From: Candidatus Doudnabacteria bacterium
GTDB taxonomy: Bacteria; Patescibacteriota; Doudnabacteria; UBA920; O2-02-FULL-48-8
Length of the DNA stretch: 64,000 nucleotides
Direction of reading: 5' to 3'
NCBI GenBank assembly: GCA_037200925.1
Contig: JBBCGO010000001.1
Coordinates: 447,698-511,697 of the forward strand
The position numbers were made by a program, and so were the translations under genes. Below the pieces are notes generated by a model that searched no databases, had not been told where the DNA came from, and saw only the letters and a list, made by a program, of their open reading frames with translations. Below, one piece after another: positions 9,953-19,007 of this stretch (positions within the stretch are counted from its first letter, which is position 1; the number at the start of each line of letters is the position of its first letter).

Positions 9953-11098
9953 CTAAAATAAACTCTGTTGTTTCTGACTGGATTTTGGATTGATTCCAAA
10001 TTCTTGCAAGACAAAATTTAGGACTGCCCCGTCAGGAACATTCAGCTCTATCCCCCTAACCTCAATGTCCTTTATCTCTTTAAGGCGTCTGAAATAGGTG
10101 CTGCGAGAGCCAGTGGTTTGCTTAAGATGATTCTTTAGCCCTGCCCAACCTTCCAGCCTTAAAACTCCTACAGCTTGGTATAGCTGTGCCTTAAGTTTTC
10201 CGTCACTATAATTCTTTTCGATAAAATCCTTGACCTGTTGGTTAAGCTGCCTGTAATCATAATCCTTTGAAACAACCAAACCATTCAAGGGATGATTAAA
10301 TATCTGGTCAACTTCGTGCTTCAATAGATCATTGGCAATGTTATACTTGAAAACTTCTGCCAAGGTAAAATTCTTTTTTGACGGATAAAACTTAGATAGG
10401 AATTGTCTGACTGAAGTTACATTGTGCAGGGTCAATTCAAACCTAAGAATAGATTCCTTATTATCGGCCAGCTTTCTGTGAATTTCTTTTTCTTCTTTGG
10501 TAAAACCCTGATCCAGCAAACTCTGAATTTGGTCATAAACCACAAAATGCGACGACGTCCTATTGAAGTATTCAAGATGGGTTAACTGACCATTAGGATT
10601 AAATTTTGGTTCAAATGACGAACGAAATCGGTATTTAGAATGAGCTAAAATTGCCAAAGCTTCTTCGGTGGTGCCGAAGGCTTTCACGTTGAGGTTCTTA
10701 CAATAAGAGACCATCGTTACTACTCCGTCCCTAACACTATTTCGAGAAGCCGATACCTTGATTGAAGCTAAAAAACTTATGATTGAGTCAATCAGAACTT
10801 CAAGATCAGCTTCGGATATTTCATAATAATTCTGGCCGTATTTGAGTTTGGGCAAAGAAACCTCGAGGTATAAATAATTATTACCTCGATTAAAACTGCT
10901 TTGGTGTGTCCAGTATTTCATAATGTAAATGCCCTTGGCTTGCTGGGATTTACGAAATTGGTCGCTGGTATGAATTAACTTTTTAATTCTTTTCTTGCCG
11001 TTCTTATCGTTGTCAAAACTCCCCTTGGCATCCTGAAAATAAGGGTTGTTTTCAACCGAATGAAAATTTGAAATTCTGATTCTTACGCTATCAATCAT
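9953..11098 (-). CDS. Putative rolling-circle replication initiator (Rep_trans-like)
   Basis: HFVVYDQIQSLL...ILRFELTLHN resembles the Rep_trans core (catalytic YDK followed by RxExR). The N-terminus IDSVRIRISNF resembles IDxLRFTF. The call rests on these weak motifs plus context only. Confidence 0.45.
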   Translation of the reverse strand: MIDSVRIRISNFHSVENNPYFQDAKGSFDNDKNGKKRIKKLIHTSDQFRKSQQAKGIYIMKYWTHQSSFNRGNNYLYLEVSLPKLKYGQNYYEISEADLEVLIDSIISFLASIKVSASRNSVRDGVVTMVSYCKNLNVKAFGTTEEALAILAHSKYRFRSSFEPKFNPNGQLTHLEYFNRTSSHFVVYDQIQSLLDQGFTKEEKEIHRKLADNKESILRFELTLHNVTSVRQFLSKFYPSKKNFTLAEVFKYNIANDLLKHEVDQIFNHPLNGLVVSKDYDYRQLNQQVKDFIEKNYSDGKLKAQLYQAVGVLRLEGWAGLKNHLKQTTGSRSTYFRRLKEIKDIEVRGIELNVPDGAVLNFVLQEFGINPKSSQKQQSLF

Positions 11099-11121
11099 AG
11101 AGGGGGTTTTTTAAGAGATGG

Positions 11122-11304
11122 TTAAGTCGCCACCCTGGTCTTAGGAGAACCCCCTCTAAGAGTTGAACCTACAGCCAAGGTAGCAGCTTTACTATCCCTG
11201 TTCTTAATAACTTGTTTTTGCCAGTAATTAAAGAAGTATCTGGCTAAGGCGTCAGACACAGCTTCTTTGTTTTCTTTGGTTAGTTTTGTTCTATGATTTG
11301 TCAT
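11122..11304 (-). CDS. Hypothetical small protein
   Basis: 60-aa ORF, no recognisable motif. Confidence 0.3.
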   Translation of the reverse strand: MTNHRTKLTKENKEAVSDALARYFFNYWQKQVIKNRDSKAATLAVGSTLRGGSPKTRVAT

Positions 11305-11409
11305 TTTTTTGAAACAAAAACAGCCCCATCAGGGCTGTTCTCGTAAGAACAGATTCTAATGGGGCTTCGTAAAGCCTAAGCCACAAAGTCTCGTAAGGCC
11401 TTATGACAC

Positions 11410-12207
11410 TTATTTGTCGGGGATAATTTTCAAATCCTTTGGGATTTGGAGGGTCTCGCTACACTTGCTACATTTATGCGTTCCTCTCATAAAGTGAGAC
11501 ATATCTTCAATTTTGAAGATCAGGTTGCCGCATTTGCTACAAACACAATTCGCACTCTTAATTCTTGGTGAAATTATACCTTCTTTGATGTAGTTGTCAA
11601 CTTGTTTCTTAAATCTTTCCTCAACTTTAAGGGATATATCGTCGGCCAAATTATCAAATCTCTCTTTTAAAGCCATCACGGCCGACCTGACTTCAAATGC
11701 AGGCGATGGAGATGGGCTTGGTGAGTAAGATGGCGATGGTGAAAACGAAGGAGATAAACTGATCTGTTCGACGGTAAGACCAAAATCATATTTTTTATTC
11801 AGAGAAACAACACTACTAATAACTCGGTCACTGGCTTCGGTCAATCTTATTGTAGGTTCAGTTAAGGTGGCAAAATTAGTGGTCAACTGTTGTATTGATG
11901 ATACAACCTTTCCAGCCTGAATAAATACGGGAGAATGAGCTAAATCAGTCAACACTTTTGCGGAATTATTTAGGTCAATCAACATTCCATTATTAACTGT
12001 CATAACCGTGCCTAAATTTGCAAGATTCTGGGTTGCCAAGACTAGGCTAGGAGAATGGATCGTTTCTGCTAATGCCCTTGCCGACCTGGTTATATCAGTA
12101 ACAATTGCATCGTTGATCGAAGTTCCAATAATAGCAGAGACTGGTGCTGGTTTTTTCAAATCAACTTCGTCTTTTTTCTTGTTTTGAGGGGGTTTAGTGT
12201 CGGACAT
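11410..12207 (-). CDS. Hypothetical protein with an SP-repeat linker and a C-terminal Cys4 zinc ribbon
   Basis: SPSFSPSPSYSPSPSPSP repeat. CSKCGN...HKCSKCSETL at the C-terminus. A hairpin plus T-run terminator at 11305-11345 read on the minus strand. Confidence 0.5.
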   Translation of the reverse strand: MSDTKPPQNKKKDEVDLKKPAPVSAIIGTSINDAIVTDITRSARALAETIHSPSLVLATQNLANLGTVMTVNNGMLIDLNNSAKVLTDLAHSPVFIQAGKVVSSIQQLTTNFATLTEPTIRLTEASDRVISSVVSLNKKYDFGLTVEQISLSPSFSPSPSYSPSPSPSPAFEVRSAVMALKERFDNLADDISLKVEERFKKQVDNYIKEGIISPRIKSANCVCSKCGNLIFKIEDMSHFMRGTHKCSKCSETLQIPKDLKIIPDK

Positions 12208-12366
12208 TACTTAGAGGGGTTTATATGCATCAATATATTAACAAAAAACAGGCTTGCCGCCTATTTCAAATTTTGGAATCGCATAGTAAAGGATGTTAGA
12301 ACTCAAATATATACTACACAGAGTGCTTAAAACTACCCTAGAATATTTTAGGAGTTATAATTATTT

Positions 12367-12654
12367 TCAGTCCTCTAACCATTTATTTTTTTGAATGATC
12401 CCAATAAAATATGCGGTTGCGTGTGTTGCAAGTGTAAGTCCAGTCTTACTTAACCCGTCCCAATCGCCGATAGAAATAAAGTGATAAGCCATTATTATAG
12501 CCCAAAGCAATACTATCGCTGGTAAGACATAAATAACACAAATCAAAACATTATTTACTGCGTTTAATGCAGTTTGTTTCCGTCTATGACTTTGTGAAGC
12601 ATCATCAGCTTCCAAATCAGCCTCTGTTGCAACATTTTTGCCTTTCCTTTTCAT
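12367..12654 (-). CDS. Small membrane protein
   Basis: Two hydrophobic helices. Stop/start abuts the ImmA gene. Confidence 0.45.
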   Translation of the reverse strand: MKRKGKNVATEADLEADDASQSHRRKQTALNAVNNVLICVIYVLPAIVLLWAIIMAYHFISIGDWDGLSKTGLTLATHATAYFIGIIQKNKWLED

Positions 12655-12655
12655 A

Positions 12656-13168
12656 TTAGACTATGGTTTGCCCTAGTAAGAATCTTGCTCTCAATGTTGC
12701 CGCAGATTCTGAAACCTTAAATTGCTCTGCAACTTCCGGCAAACTAATAGCATTTTTCCAAACCCTTAAAAATAAGTCTTTAGGCATCAGTAAATCAGCC
12801 GCCATATTATTGGCTTCAATTTCGATCTTTTTTTCAGCGTCTGTTAACTCTCTGCCCTCTTCGCTATTAAGTGCCTTAACAGGTTGTTTAATATTATCAA
12901 TATGTTCATTATTTGTATCAAAAAGATGTTTATGTTGAATGAAATGAGCTATTTCGTGAGCAATTGTAAAACGCTTCCTTGTTAACGGGTGAGAAGTGTT
13001 AATGTAAATAACAAAGTTGTCGCCCTCTTTGCTCAAAGAACCAGCATAATTATCATCTAATTCGCTGGTTTCTACTACATATAGACCTAATTCTTTTGCC
13101 AAATCAACAATAGGCACAGGATTTTGCTGAGCATATTTTGCTAAGATTTGTTCGGTTTTTTGATCCAT
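12656..13168 (-). CDS. ImmA/IrrE family metallopeptidase (DUF955)
   Basis: HEIAHF (HExxH) at the expected position. Family typical of prophage/ICE regulation modules. Confidence 0.8.
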   Translation of the reverse strand: MDQKTEQILAKYAQQNPVPIVDLAKELGLYVVETSELDDNYAGSLSKEGDNFVIYINTSHPLTRKRFTIAHEIAHFIQHKHLFDTNNEHIDNIKQPVKALNSEEGRELTDAEKKIEIEANNMAADLLMPKDLFLRVWKNAISLPEVAEQFKVSESAATLRARFLLGQTIV

Positions 13169-13297
13169 ACTTTTTAGAAAATAATGCCTAATTCTATACT
13201 ACCACACCCTCTGGGTAAAGTCATTGGATAAAATGAGCCTTGCATTCTTCAATTGAAAACCTAAATTACCCAGCTTTAATTTATAGAAAATAAATTT

Positions 13298-13372
13298 TGG
13301 GGTGCCAGACGAGAATCGAACTCGCGTGACCGCTGCCACAGAGCGGCGTTCTACCATTGAACTACTGGCACC
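13298..13372 (-). tRNA. tRNA-His (anticodon GTG) with encoded G-1 and CCA
   Basis: Hand-folded cloverleaf: 8-bp acceptor including G-1:C73. Anticodon stem CCGCU/AGCGG with loop CUGUGGC. T-loop TTCGATT. 3' CCA encoded. Confidence 0.85.
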
Positions 13373-13450
13373 ATAACAATTTAATTACACTACTTGCTAC
13401 ACATCATAATGGCCACATCCTAACAGTTTAATTTGCTTCCACATTGGAAA

Positions 13451-13525
13451 GTCAGCGGCCGAGCGGAATCGGACCCACGTGACAGCTGCCACAGAGCTGC
13501 GTTCTACCATTGAACTACGGGCACC
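13451..13525 (-). pseudogene. Degenerate tRNA-His(GTG)-like copy. The 5' ~47 nt are near-identical to the intact tRNA-His. The 3' half is divergent with a poor T-arm and acceptor and no CCA.
   Basis: Alignment with 13298..13372: 3 substitutions in the 5' 47 nt versus about 9 in the 3' 25 nt. The T-stem pairs only 3/5. Confidence 0.5.
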
Positions 13526-13588
13526 TCGTCTCAGTTTGTAGACACTTCGCGATTTTGCTTCGCAAAATACGCTACGGTCTACACGCTG
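13526..13588 (-). promoter_or_regulatory. Conserved structured tRNA 5'-leader element, copy A (tRNA orientation is the minus strand)
   Basis: About 85-90% identical to copies at 19008..19081 and 38495..38567. Contains a TTTTGC-GAA-GCAAAA hairpin and an outer GYAGAC/GUCURC stem with compensatory changes. Confidence 0.6.
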
Positions 13589-13651
13589 CTCCTCTCAAAA
13601 AATTTGTTCTCGGCCTTCGGCCTGCGACTCAAATTTTTTGTGGTTTAAAAG

Positions 13652-13963
13652 CTACTTACTTGCGACCATGACCGCGAACACGACCACTGTCAGTGCAAAC
13701 ATCCAACCCACAGTATACCCAAAAAACTTCAGCGCTTCTTTTTTCTGTCCATCAAAATACATCAGCACCGGCCGGCCCAATACTAACGCGCTGGTGATCG
13801 CGGCGGATAGCACAAACAACATCAGGACTAAGATAGGAGTAAACGCAGTATCTTTCTGTCCGAACCAAACAGACCCATGGTTCATGATAGATGCGACGAG
13901 AGTGACATACAGCAGCACCAAAACCGCATGACCCAAACTGTGAGCAACTGGATTGTCTTTCAT
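13652..13963 (-). CDS. Small membrane protein (hypothetical)
   Basis: 103-aa ORF with three hydrophobic segments. Preferred over the antisense ORF 13638..13931, which has an implausible composition. Confidence 0.45.
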   Translation of the reverse strand: MKDNPVAHSLGHAVLVLLYVTLVASIMNHGSVWFGQKDTAFTPILVLMLFVLSAAITSALVLGRPVLMYFDGQKKEALKFFGYTVGWMFALTVVVFAVMVASK

Positions 13964-13977
13964 ATTTTATCCTTTCT

Positions 13978-14052
13978 TGGTGCCCCTGGCTGGAATCGAA
14001 CCAACATCAAGGCCTTAGAAGAGCCTTGCTTTATCCATTAAGCTACAGGGGC
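13978..14052 (-). tRNA. tRNA-Arg (anticodon TCT)
   Basis: Hand-folded: acceptor GCCCCUG/CAGGGGC. Anticodon stem AGGCU/GGCCU with loop CUUCUAA. T-loop TTCGATT. CCA encoded. Confidence 0.8.
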
Positions 14053-14277
14053 GCAATTTTAACAAAAAATCCCCACACAGATTGGAGATTCAGCATAAAC
14101 ATACCTGCTGTGTCAGGTAGGTTTGGATCGATTTTTTAAAGCCTCTTAATTATACTCCTGTTCAGCCTAAATGTCAAAAAATGTTAATTTTTGCTTAGGT
14201 TTCTGTTATAATAATATCAACAATTTTGGGCGGCTATCCTCAATAGAAACCCAAAAAAACAACTAAAAAGAGGGCTT

Positions 14278-15099
14278 ATGCTAAAGGCATTTTGGCTTTT
14301 CTCGCTCATCCCTACTTTCCTGTTGGTGTCAGCCACGACAGTCTACCTCCACCGGGCTTCTACCCACGTTTCAGTAAAGTTCATCTCCGGCGTCAGATGG
14401 TGCTGGAAATTCATTATCTGGTTCACGGGCGGTCCGGACGAGGCTCAGTGGGTTGCAGTTCATCGCTACCATCACGTCTACAGCGACAAACCAGGTGATC
14501 CGCACAGTCCGCACATAGATGGTTTCCCACAGATCCAAATGGGAAACGTAATCTTCTACGTGCGATGGATCAGAAATCATTCCGAGCTGGTCGAGCGGTA
14601 CTCGCGCGATGTGAGAAAGAGATACGGCTGGTGGGACCGCCATGTGTTCTGCCATCCCCGCTACGGCATCCTTGCCGGGACCGCGACCCTTTGCATGATG
14701 ATCGGTTTGTACTTTCACTCAGTTCGGATCGGATTGTACGGCGGCGTGATCGCCGCGTTCATGCATTTTCTGCAGTACGTTTTCCTGCTCACACCGTCCA
14801 TCAACGGCTTATGCCACTGGCCGCACAAATGGCTCGGCGGCTACCAGCACAGATTTCTGAAAGAGAACCAATGGATAGCCGTTGACCACGCGCTGCTTAC
14901 ATTCAACAATTGGGTCGTCGCGATGCTGACCGGCGGTGAAGGCTTCCACTACAACCACCACTGGGAACGCATGTCCGCGCGGTTCTCGAAGAATTGGATA
15001 GAACTGCCCGCAGACTGGGGCTACTGGCTCTGGATCTGGCCCATGGAAAAACTGGGCCTGGCTTACGACGTGAAAGTCGCAAAATGGACCTACATATAA
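14278..15099 (+). CDS. Membrane fatty acid desaturase
   Basis: Three histidine boxes: HRASTH, HRYHH, HYNHH. Multiple TM segments. Visibly GC-richer than the island to the left. Confidence 0.85.
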   Translation: MLKAFWLFSLIPTFLLVSATTVYLHRASTHVSVKFISGVRWCWKFIIWFTGGPDEAQWVAVHRYHHVYSDKPGDPHSPHIDGFPQIQMGNVIFYVRWIRNHSELVERYSRDVRKRYGWWDRHVFCHPRYGILAGTATLCMMIGLYFHSVRIGLYGGVIAAFMHFLQYVFLLTPSINGLCHWPHKWLGGYQHRFLKENQWIAVDHALLTFNNWVVAMLTGGEGFHYNHHWERMSARFSKNWIELPADWGYWLWIWPMEKLGLAYDVKVAKWTYI

Positions 15100-15198
15100 C
15101 CGCTTAACCTTTCGGGGTTAGGCGGCTTTTTTTGTCTGTTAATAAATGAAACAATTTACGCGATCAAACGTATAAATTATAGAAAGGAGAACAAATAT

Positions 15199-15357
15199 AT
15201 GGCATGGTATGGAGATTCAAAAGGGCACGCCGATGCTGGCAAAAAAGGGGGCAAGGCCCAGGGTAAACGCAACAATCCGGGAAATTTCGCTAATGATCGG
15301 GAAAAAGCCAAACGCGCAGGCCGCAAGGGCGGCTCAGCCTCAGGCGGCGCGGACTAA
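15199..15357 (+). CDS. KGG-repeat stress-induced protein (52 aa)
   Basis: Manual ORF: MAWYGDSKGHADAGKKGGKAQGKRNNPGNFANDREKAKRAGRKGGSASGGAD with KGG repeats. RBS aaaggaga about 8 nt upstream. Confidence 0.6.
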   Translation: MAWYGDSKGHADAGKKGGKAQGKRNNPGNFANDREKAKRAGRKGGSASGGAD

Positions 15358-15362
15358 ATTGG

Positions 15363-16415
15363 TCAGCCGGTAGCGGAAACCAGGAACAGATCAATATCAA
15401 GTTTGGTATTGGAATCCGAGCTTTTTATCCTATGGTCTATCAGAAGCAGCTGCTGGAGCAGCTGCTTTAATTTTGCAACTGAAATATTTTTGAGGTTTTT
15501 CGCAGTAATAAACACGCGCCCCGGGCTCCAGCCTAGTTTTTCCGCGATCTGCTCGTTGGTATGTCCGGCCGACTGCAAAAGGCTTGTGACCAAAAGGCTT
15601 CTTAACTGTTCGGAAAGCAAACCTATCACTTTTATAAAAGTGGTTTTTTCCTCGGTTGTGGCTCCTGCGATAAAATTCTCCAGAGCTTGGAAAGCGCCTT
15701 TTTGATTTTTGACGATCATCTCATCCGTCAAAGCAAAAACCGAATCCGGGATCTTGGGCTTTACCAGCGAATTAACGTCCTGCGGCTCGATGCGGGTGGT
15801 GTTGCTGGAAAGTTTCAATAATTCGGAATAAACTTGCCAGAGGTCAAAAGCTTCTTTGCGTTCTATAACCTTGCCCCCGGCTTTTTTTTCTTCGTACAGG
15901 TCCCGGCCCAAAAATTGGGCCAGGCGGTTTACTGCCCCGTCAGAGATCTCTGAGCCCAAAGTTTTGGCCATGGCTTTGATCCATTGGTCCAGAACCGGGC
16001 CATGCGGCAGGTTGAACTCCGTCACATTAATGCCTGATGCCAGGAATTTTTTGGTGAATCCCAGGCGGCGGTCAATTTTCAAGGTTTGCCAGAAAACCAA
16101 AAAATTATCAGCAGGCACGTTTTGGATGAATTGCAAAAGAAATTCGGCTAAAACGGCCTGATCCGCTTTTTTCGGCAGACTATCGCGGATGATGATCAGT
16201 TTCTTGCTTGAAAAAAGTGACGGCTCCAGCAAATGCTGCAGATTTTTGATGAGCTCGGTTTCGGACAGATTCTCGCCGTCAAACAGGCTGATGGAAGAAG
16301 CGGAATATTTTTTGGCGAACTCGGCTTTCCATCGGTCAAGTTTACGGCGCAGCGAAAAATCGTCCTCGCCGTAAAAAAGAAAAATGTTAGAAGAGGGAGA
16401 GGTTTTTTCCGTCAT
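15363..16415 (-). CDS. holA: DNA polymerase III subunit delta
   Basis: N-terminus IFLFYGEDDF and overall HolA-like length and pattern. Confidence 0.75.
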   Translation of the reverse strand: MTEKTSPSSNIFLFYGEDDFSLRRKLDRWKAEFAKKYSASSISLFDGENLSETELIKNLQHLLEPSLFSSKKLIIIRDSLPKKADQAVLAEFLLQFIQNVPADNFLVFWQTLKIDRRLGFTKKFLASGINVTEFNLPHGPVLDQWIKAMAKTLGSEISDGAVNRLAQFLGRDLYEEKKAGGKVIERKEAFDLWQVYSELLKLSSNTTRIEPQDVNSLVKPKIPDSVFALTDEMIVKNQKGAFQALENFIAGATTEEKTTFIKVIGLLSEQLRSLLVTSLLQSAGHTNEQIAEKLGWSPGRVFITAKNLKNISVAKLKQLLQQLLLIDHRIKSSDSNTKLDIDLFLVSATG

Positions 16416-16623
16416 GCTTTTTTGTCAATTTCTGATTGATGATCTTATTTATGTCCGACTGTCTGATCTTCCACTGTGAGCCGATCTTGAATGCCGGCAG
16501 CTTGCCGGATTTGCACCAGCGCCAGATGGTCTGGTTGGACACGCCGAAAAATTTGGATAACTGCTCGACGTTCATTATCTTATCGTCTTTGCCATTCATA
16601 TGCCTCAAGCTTATCATTCCCAA
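16387..16623 (-). CDS. HTH_17 (excisionase/MerR-like) DNA-binding protein. The true start is probably internal (MNGKDD or MNVEQL).
   Basis: NVEQLSKFFGVSNQTIWRWCKSGKLPAFKIGSQWKIRQSDINKI matches the HTH_17 pattern. Confidence 0.6.
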   Translation of the reverse strand: MGMISLRHMNGKDDKIMNVEQLSKFFGVSNQTIWRWCKSGKLPAFKIGSQWKIRQSDINKIINQKLTKKHDGKNLSLF

Positions 16624-16626
16624 ACG

Positions 16627-16655
16627 TTGATTTCAAGGCTCAAAAATGCTATATT
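16627..16655 (+). promoter_or_regulatory. Sigma70-like promoter for tRNA-Arg(TCG)
   Basis: TTGATT, 17-nt spacer, TATATT, about 21 nt upstream of the tRNA 5' end. Confidence 0.55.
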
Positions 16656-16676
16656 TTGGAAGCTATTCAGCAAAAC

Positions 16677-16751
16677 GCGTCCGTGGTGAAACGGATATCA
16701 CAACGGTCTTCGGAACCGTTATTGGGGGTTCGATTCCCTCCGGACGCACCA
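16677..16751 (+). tRNA. tRNA-Arg (anticodon TCG)
   Basis: Acceptor GCGTCCG/CGGACGC. D-stem GTGA/TCAC. Anticodon stem ACGGT/ACCGT with loop CTTCGGA. T-loop TTCGATT. CCA encoded. Confidence 0.9.
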
Positions 16752-16758
16752 AAATATT

Positions 16759-18165
16759 ATGAGAACAATTTTTGAACGAGAAATAATTCCTGTGCCTGAG
16801 TTTGATGAAAGCAGGATTTCGCCTGATAATCTCATTGAAAAAAAGAAAAGCCTTTTTGAAAAAGTCCGCCAAGGTGTATATAAGCGCTTGAATGCGATGG
16901 CCCTGGCGGGTTTTTTGACTGTAAGCCTTTCTTCGGAAAGCTACGCAGATCAGGTAAAATTTGCAAAGCCGGAAAATGCTCCTGCTCATTTTGTCATCGA
17001 AAAAGAGGTAGACGCGGATAAACTGGAGAATTTCAAGAATAAAGTAAAAGCGGAAGAGCCGGAGTTTGCACAATGGACCGAGGACTATGCCTCTTCAGTA
17101 AAAAAAGGAATGGATGAGATGTCCGCCCAGATAGATAATTTTAGCCCGGACAAAGACCGGAAGGAAGAAAAGGAATTTGAAGTTGAAAGCAGTGACAAAA
17201 AAATTTACGGCTTGAATCCAAAATATCTGGTAAAACGAAACCATAAGGTATTGGAAGAGCTCAGAACGAATAAGGATTTCCGCAAGGCCCAGCAGATGCT
17301 GAAAGACAACCTCGAGAACATTCTTTGGAGATTTATTCAGATGGATGATTCTGCGGCCGTCAGAAATACTATGCGCGAAAAAGTAGAAAAGCCAAATATA
17401 GATTTTAAATATCACCAGGGCTTTGAACTCGACCGCAGTCTCGCGGTTACCACCGTACACCCCCAACAAGATGGCGAAAAACTGCAGTCGAATCTTAAAT
17501 TTTCCCCGACAAGTTTTGTTGATGTAAACGGCAAGATCGACATAAATCTTTTTGTAAACACATTTGTCCATGAACTCTACCACGGCATGCATCCGGGAAG
17601 CCAAAAACAAGAACCCGGACTGATGACCGGCTTCCAGCTAAATATGATCGAAGGGATCGCGCAAAACGTCACCTTTGAGGTCATGCAGTCTATCGCCAGG
17701 AACAACGATATCAAAAGCTTAAGACCTGAAGTTGGCATGAACGGGTACGATGAGCTGGTGGTATTGGCTTCCATTACAGATGCGGTCATTCGGCCTTCCA
17801 AAAATCCGGACCTCCTGGCCCAGTGGAACGCCGGCATAATAAGCGAACAAAAATTTTTATCTGCTTTTAAAAAAATTCTCCCGGATATTGGCATTGATCC
17901 GGGCCTGGCCGACGACCTGGCAGAACTAAGTTCCAATCAACGGGATCCTGAAGTTTATTCTCCGGTGACCAAAGCATATGAAAGCATGCTGGCTCGGCTC
18001 AAAATAAGCGGCTATGAACTGTCTCCCAAGTTCGTCGAAGGTATACTCAAAAACGGAAGAAAAACCGATAGCACACAAGACCAGAACGTGGCAATAAACC
18101 TAAAACTGAGCAAATTAAATGAGAAGGTTTCCAGGCGAATGGAAAATATAAAAAACAAAGAATGA
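16759..18165 (+). CDS. Hypothetical secreted protein with an HExxH motif (possible metallopeptidase-like). The start is probably internal, at the signal-peptide-like MALAGFLTVSL.
   Basis: HELYHGMH motif. No confident family assignment. Confidence 0.5.
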   Translation: MRTIFEREIIPVPEFDESRISPDNLIEKKKSLFEKVRQGVYKRLNAMALAGFLTVSLSSESYADQVKFAKPENAPAHFVIEKEVDADKLENFKNKVKAEEPEFAQWTEDYASSVKKGMDEMSAQIDNFSPDKDRKEEKEFEVESSDKKIYGLNPKYLVKRNHKVLEELRTNKDFRKAQQMLKDNLENILWRFIQMDDSAAVRNTMREKVEKPNIDFKYHQGFELDRSLAVTTVHPQQDGEKLQSNLKFSPTSFVDVNGKIDINLFVNTFVHELYHGMHPGSQKQEPGLMTGFQLNMIEGIAQNVTFEVMQSIARNNDIKSLRPEVGMNGYDELVVLASITDAVIRPSKNPDLLAQWNAGIISEQKFLSAFKKILPDIGIDPGLADDLAELSSNQRDPEVYSPVTKAYESMLARLKISGYELSPKFVEGILKNGRKTDSTQDQNVAINLKLSKLNEKVSRRMENIKNKE

Positions 18166-18452
18166 AAGTGTTTCAGCGCAGAAAAGAAAATTTTGTCTGT
18201 GGGTATTGCGGCTACAAAATCACGGGAACAGGCTATACCAATCACTGCCCGAAATGCCTGTTCAGCAAGCACGTGGATATCAATCCCGGGGACCGGGCAG
18301 AGATCTGCCAAGGATTGATGGAACCGATCGGAATCGGGCAAGAACATAACGAATTTACAATTTTGCATAAATGCATTAAATGCGGAGCAATTCGAAAAAA
18401 CAAGACTGTCAAAGAAGACGATTTTGATTTAATAGTAAAACTGACTCAGTAG
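18162..18452 (+). CDS. RNHCP domain protein (zinc ribbon)
   Basis: CGYCGY...YTNHCPKC...CIKCG. Confidence 0.7.
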   Translation: MKVFQRRKENFVCGYCGYKITGTGYTNHCPKCLFSKHVDINPGDRAEICQGLMEPIGIGQEHNEFTILHKCIKCGAIRKNKTVKEDDFDLIVKLTQ

Positions 18453-18482
18453 CCCTAACAGGCTCTGTTTTTTTAATCTTTT

Positions 18483-18773
18483 TTGGCATATAATTTACAT
18501 AACAACAGCATTACGCAAGGAGGATGCATGACGGCTGAGCAAGCGCGGAGCTTGAAGCCTCATTCGATTATTTGGGTCGATGGCTACGGTACCAAAATCG
18601 TCCGCCGGTTCCCCGGCCGAGAGCGCGCAGAAGTCGTTGCAATCGACGACGAAGGGATCAACGTGAGGTTTATCGATCTTGATGCGGCTCCGCAGCTCAA
18701 TGTTCCTTTTGAGATGGCTCATAATGAACCCTCGCCGCATACCGCGCATGTCCACCTGGAGATCACGCCGTGA
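18483..18773 (+). CDS. Hypothetical protein (GC-rich). The start is probably at MTAEQ.
   Basis: ORF only. Confidence 0.35.
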   Translation: MAYNLHNNSITQGGCMTAEQARSLKPHSIIWVDGYGTKIVRRFPGRERAEVVAIDDEGINVRFIDLDAAPQLNVPFEMAHNEPSPHTAHVHLEITP

Positions 18774-19007
18774 ACAAGCCGAATGAGTCGAACCGGATCC
18801 AGCGGATACTGGAACTGAGCCGCATTAACACGCGGCCAACACCGAAACCAGCACCCAAACGCACCCCATCTTCTTCGCCGCCAAAGTGACTGGGGTCTTT
18901 TTTTACTCTTGAAAAAACCTCTTAATAAATGTAAACTGAATAAGCTTTAGGCATTAAAGCCCAACAAAAATTAAGTGCGGAGACCGTAGGTCGGGCACGA
19001 ATTTTTG

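Noticed and set aside
13638-13931. Plus-strand 97-aa ORF
   Set aside because: Antisense to the better-looking membrane-protein ORF 13652..13963.
16189-16439. Plus-strand ORFs within holA
   Set aside because: Antisense shadows of holA.
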